From Oscillospiraceae bacterium (GTDB taxonomy: Bacteria; Bacillota; Clostridia; Oscillospirales; Oscillospiraceae): DNA of 55,644 bases. Both the position numbers and the translations under genes were made by a program. How positions within the stretch are numbered: position 1 is the stretch's first letter; every line of letters starts with the position of its first letter. The notes beneath the pieces were generated by a model. That model did not search any database, had not been told where the DNA came from, and worked only from the letters and a program-made list of their open reading frames with translations. Positions 54,601 to 55,644 of this stretch are shown piece after piece. The stretch spans positions 1 to 55,644 of the forward strand of contig JBGUZS010000177.1 of the NCBI GenBank assembly GCA_045223835.1. The letters are read 5' to 3'.

Positions 54601-55644
54601 GGGCCGAAGGGGATCGGGGCGTGCGGACCCGCTGCTCCGATGATCTCCTGTGGCTGCCCTACGCCCTGACGGTATACGGGGAGAAGACCGGGGACCGGAG
54701 CCTGCTGGAGGAGGAGGCCCCCTGGCTCGTCTCCCGCCCCCTGGAGCCGGAGGAACGGGACCGGTACGAGGCCCCGGCCCGGGAGGGGAGCAGCAGTCTG
54801 CGGGAGCACGCCCTCCGGGCCATCGGCCTGGTGCTGGAGCGGGGCTGCGGCCCCCACGGCCTGCTGCGGATGGGCAGCGGGGACTGGAACGACGGCATGG
54901 ACGCGGTGGAGGGAGAGAGCGTTTGGCTCACCTGGTTCGCCGCCCTGGTGCTGGACCGCTTCGGCGCCCTCACGGGGCGGGAGGACCTGCGGGGCCGGGC
55001 TGCGGAGCTGGGCAGGAGCGCGGACGCCGCCTGGACCGGAGAATGGTACCTCCGGGGCTGGTATGCCGACGGACGCCCCCTGGGGGCACCGGGCAGCCGG
55101 GAGTGCGCCCTGGATTCCCTGGCCCAGAGCTTTGCGGTGCTCAGCGGCTTCGGAGACCCGGAAAAGAGCCGGAGGGCGGTGATCAAGGCGGCGGAGGTCC
55201 TGCTTGACCGGGAGCGGGGGACGGTGAAGCTGTTCGCGCCCCCCTTCAACGGCCTGGAGAAGCCCGGCTATATCCGCAGCTATCTCCCCGGGGTGCGGGA
55301 GAACGGGGGGCAGTATACCCATGCCGCCGTATGGCTGGCTGCGGCCTGCCTCCGGTGCGGGGAGAGCGAGCTGGGCAGGACCCTGCTGGAGACCCTTCTC
55401 CCCGGGGGCAGGTCGGAGGAAATCTACCAGGGGGAGCCCTATGTGCTGGCGGCGGACGTGTACACCCACCCGGATATGCCCGGCCGGGCGGGGTGGACCT
55501 GGTATACCGGCGCGGCGGGGTGGTTCCTGCGCACGGCGGTGGAGGATCTGCTGGGCCTGCGGACGAAGGACGGCAGGCTCGCCGCCGTACCCAGGCTGCC
55601 GGAGGGCTGGCCCGGGTACGAGGCCCGGCTCCGGGCCGGAGGGA
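48612..55644 (+). CDS. Giant cyclic beta-1,2-glucan synthase-like protein (GT84-like + alpha/alpha-barrel glucanase/cyclase-like + GH94-like), more than 2,340 codons, 3' end beyond the window; absent from the ORF track
   Basis: Own translation in frame 48612 (MMEKKRLDTRQPGDL...) is open to the window end. Motifs: LVLDGDT (DGD 50004-12), LSHDLVEG (50340-60), RWIRGDWQ (50448-71), TM blocks, ERTSPTNMGL (51210-36), TMFEYLMPELF, and GH94-type GDWNDGMD (54879-54902). The exact start (48612 or 48615) is uncertain. Confidence 0.88.
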   Translation, partial: MMEKKRLDTRQPGDLRALGREWGRAAAVSGRGSGRRALRELAGLERTLERRREAWTGKTAPAAEWLLDNFYLVRRDLGRVREALRRRGRLPRLSGGELRILALAEALTEACGGWVEASALRAFLRGAGETADLEEGELGLLEGALRLSLLKRLARMPESAEAVFTAIRSLDALELAPLLEEASPVEAILARDPAGVYARMDPESRGAYRRQVSRLARLEGLGETAAAKRALELAEGENTHVGRYLFTRPLGKRPGRKRYALYFAACLLPAAILTGLILRAFGSPAGLLALLPLLEGSKYLTDRIAGRLRAPLRLPRLDYSRGIPPESRTLGVSVLLLRSPEEAREAAAKLERLRLANRDAGENLVLGLLADLRESPGEREAGDESILEAAAAELDRLNEKYGGGFCLLSRDRSWSPRDRVWRGWERKRGAIMDLLDLLEGEESRVRRAAGDPDCLREIAFLLVLDGDTGLPPGTAASMAAILAHPLQRAVVDPETRRVTEGYGILQPRVSVSLRDADRSDFARVFAGKGGLDPYGGPGSELGMDLFREGSYTGKGLLDVRAARLCLRGRFPAERLLSHDLVEGAWLGCAYAGDLELSDGFPGSILSYSERQHRWIRGDWQTIPWLLPRVRNEAGGWERNPISALSKWKILENLRRSLLPPAVFLSVFLYGVLGTPALAAAAAAGVAALALKVVLGSLGPLGGGRRCRGGTLAAPVSELLQLLLLLLFLPYSAWVHASAVLTALWRMLISRRRLLQWVTAAESGERRDGLRAYLRRMFPCAAAGLLGLLTRSPILLALCLLWLPAPVLGWAVSRERGGSPRPGEEDRVFLLHAAGDIWRYFQRLMTGERHWLPPDNLQETPEEEIAERTSPTNMGLALLASVAAWDLGLTDRETAFGLAAHMLDTLEALPKFRGHLFNWYDLRSLAPLEPPYVSTVDSGNLLACLLTLRGAAEEAGEPALAARATALAAGMPLDFLYDRERKLLHIGWDPREDRPSGGWYDLLASEARIASYIAVARGEAELKHWRRLGRVMTGGRGRYGLASWTGTMFEYLMPELFLPVYPGSLLWESGRFCTDMQRRAAVRGVWGSSECACSRMDAGLHYVYQAQGVQALALKRGMDRERVIAPYAAFLALSRIPGAAVKNLRRLRALGAEGICGFYEAVDFTPEGGEGYRVVRSFMVHHLAMSLLAADNALGEGCMIRRFLRDPEMGAYTELLQERSPAWDRVKPIRDYRGDEKPERRALEGWSLCREGYDLVRPAVLPLSNGRYHLLISELGSSRSLWEGRLLAASAFRRFGERQGPLFFASTGGRFFSLQPAPEYDGGTAYHWEFSGGGFTQFSAREGWQFRVETRVPAGGSGEVRRVTVKNRTGERQELTLALYFEPALCSSEAWAAHPAFARLALESRLGEGCLLVRRRPGGREPEAACAAACSEACEWETDRDALFGRGGLRAMPAALLRRGSRIKASQDPCVLARLRLTLRPGESRQVTFILAMGRSEGEAAAAARELRRPWGENGLFPRCARAFGLAGGELERAIGLITPLVFATPETRQLREAGREWDRGLDGLWRYGISGDLPVAAPGPEGAERMLRSWALLRSLGVSFDLALPVEDEGIYGRPECAALLELAGKLGVSGALDQRGGFHLAGGTREQRLALKARCRALGLPGWTRQNAVHGPSPWFLPAGAENREKRTGGPEGESWVFRTERGVGLRAWSHILTNGRMGWIATDAGTGNLFLDNAREKPLTPWENDPLTLLGQERLTLRRGGTEYSLFADADGWPTETEFGFGYARWRRRLGTAETEVTAFLPREARGLVLLIRLRGVGPEDRLRCFARRAEGAPEAFSLFAQIPALREERDELRWLTGAAGGEDCVAGEFPPADRLALVLGLEEAAHLARPEAAEAELERVKALWRERTGALRLRSPSPRLDAYLNGWALYQTLACRVLGRCSLYQSGGAFGFRDQLQDVCALTDALPEIARGQLLAAAAHQYREGDVMHWWHPRAEGDRGVRTRCSDDLLWLPYALTVYGEKTGDRSLLEEEAPWLVSRPLEPEERDRYEAPAREGSSSLREHALRAIGLVLERGCGPHGLLRMGSGDWNDGMDAVEGESVWLTWFAALVLDRFGALTGREDLRGRAAELGRSADAAWTGEWYLRGWYADGRPLGAPGSRECALDSLAQSFAVLSGFGDPEKSRRAVIKAAEVLLDRERGTVKLFAPPFNGLEKPGYIRSYLPGVRENGGQYTHAAVWLAAACLRCGESELGRTLLETLLPGGRSEEIYQGEPYVLAADVYTHPDMPGRAGWTWYTGAAGWFLRTAVEDLLGLRTKDGRLAAVPRLPEGWPGYEARLRAGG

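Noticed and set aside
48477-55469. The two largest ORFs in the track (779 aa at 48477-50816 and 1546 aa at 50829-55469, minus strand)
   Set aside because: The translations are Pro/Gly/Arg/Gln-rich low-complexity strings with no motifs. The opposite strand encodes a continuous, motif-rich GT84/GH94-type protein. They are typical antisense shadow ORFs of high-GC DNA.

Overview
All calls come from reading the sequence and the ORF track by eye. No database search, folding or statistics were run, so family names are motif-level recognition and hand-counted coordinates may be off by a base or two.

The window is a G+C-rich Firmicutes/Clostridia-like chromosomal segment. Three things support that placement: strong GGAGG-type ribosome-binding sites with frequent GTG/TTG starts, an ecfA1-ecfA2-ecfT-truA cluster, and a ylxM-ffh-rpsP-KH-rimM-trmD operon. 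I call 51 protein-coding genes, a 4-tRNA operon (Gly-Arg-His-Lys), one or two gene remnants, several near-consensus sigma-A promoters and intrinsic terminators. I found no rRNA, CRISPR array, transposase or integrase.

Most long ORFs in the track are antisense or out-of-frame shadows typical of high-GC DNA. Both edge-truncated genes are missing from the track:
- a P1B-type ATPase at 1-1345 (minus strand)
- a gene of more than 2,340 codons resembling cyclic beta-1,2-glucan synthase at 48612-55644 (plus strand)

Two visibly A+T-richer islands interrupt the core genome.
- Island 1 (about 3262-6266) carries three GNAT acetyltransferases and a GrpB protein. It is bracketed by ~148-bp direct repeats that duplicate the 3' end of cbiO.
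- Island 2 (about 36276-41480) carries a LysR regulator, an orphan Cys-rich solute-binding lipoprotein and three paralogous ~200-aa proteins. Each paralog is built from two copies of an invariant Cys6His2 module.

Island 2 is my best candidate for an undescribed system. Its function is unknown, and the idea that the module binds metal is inference only.
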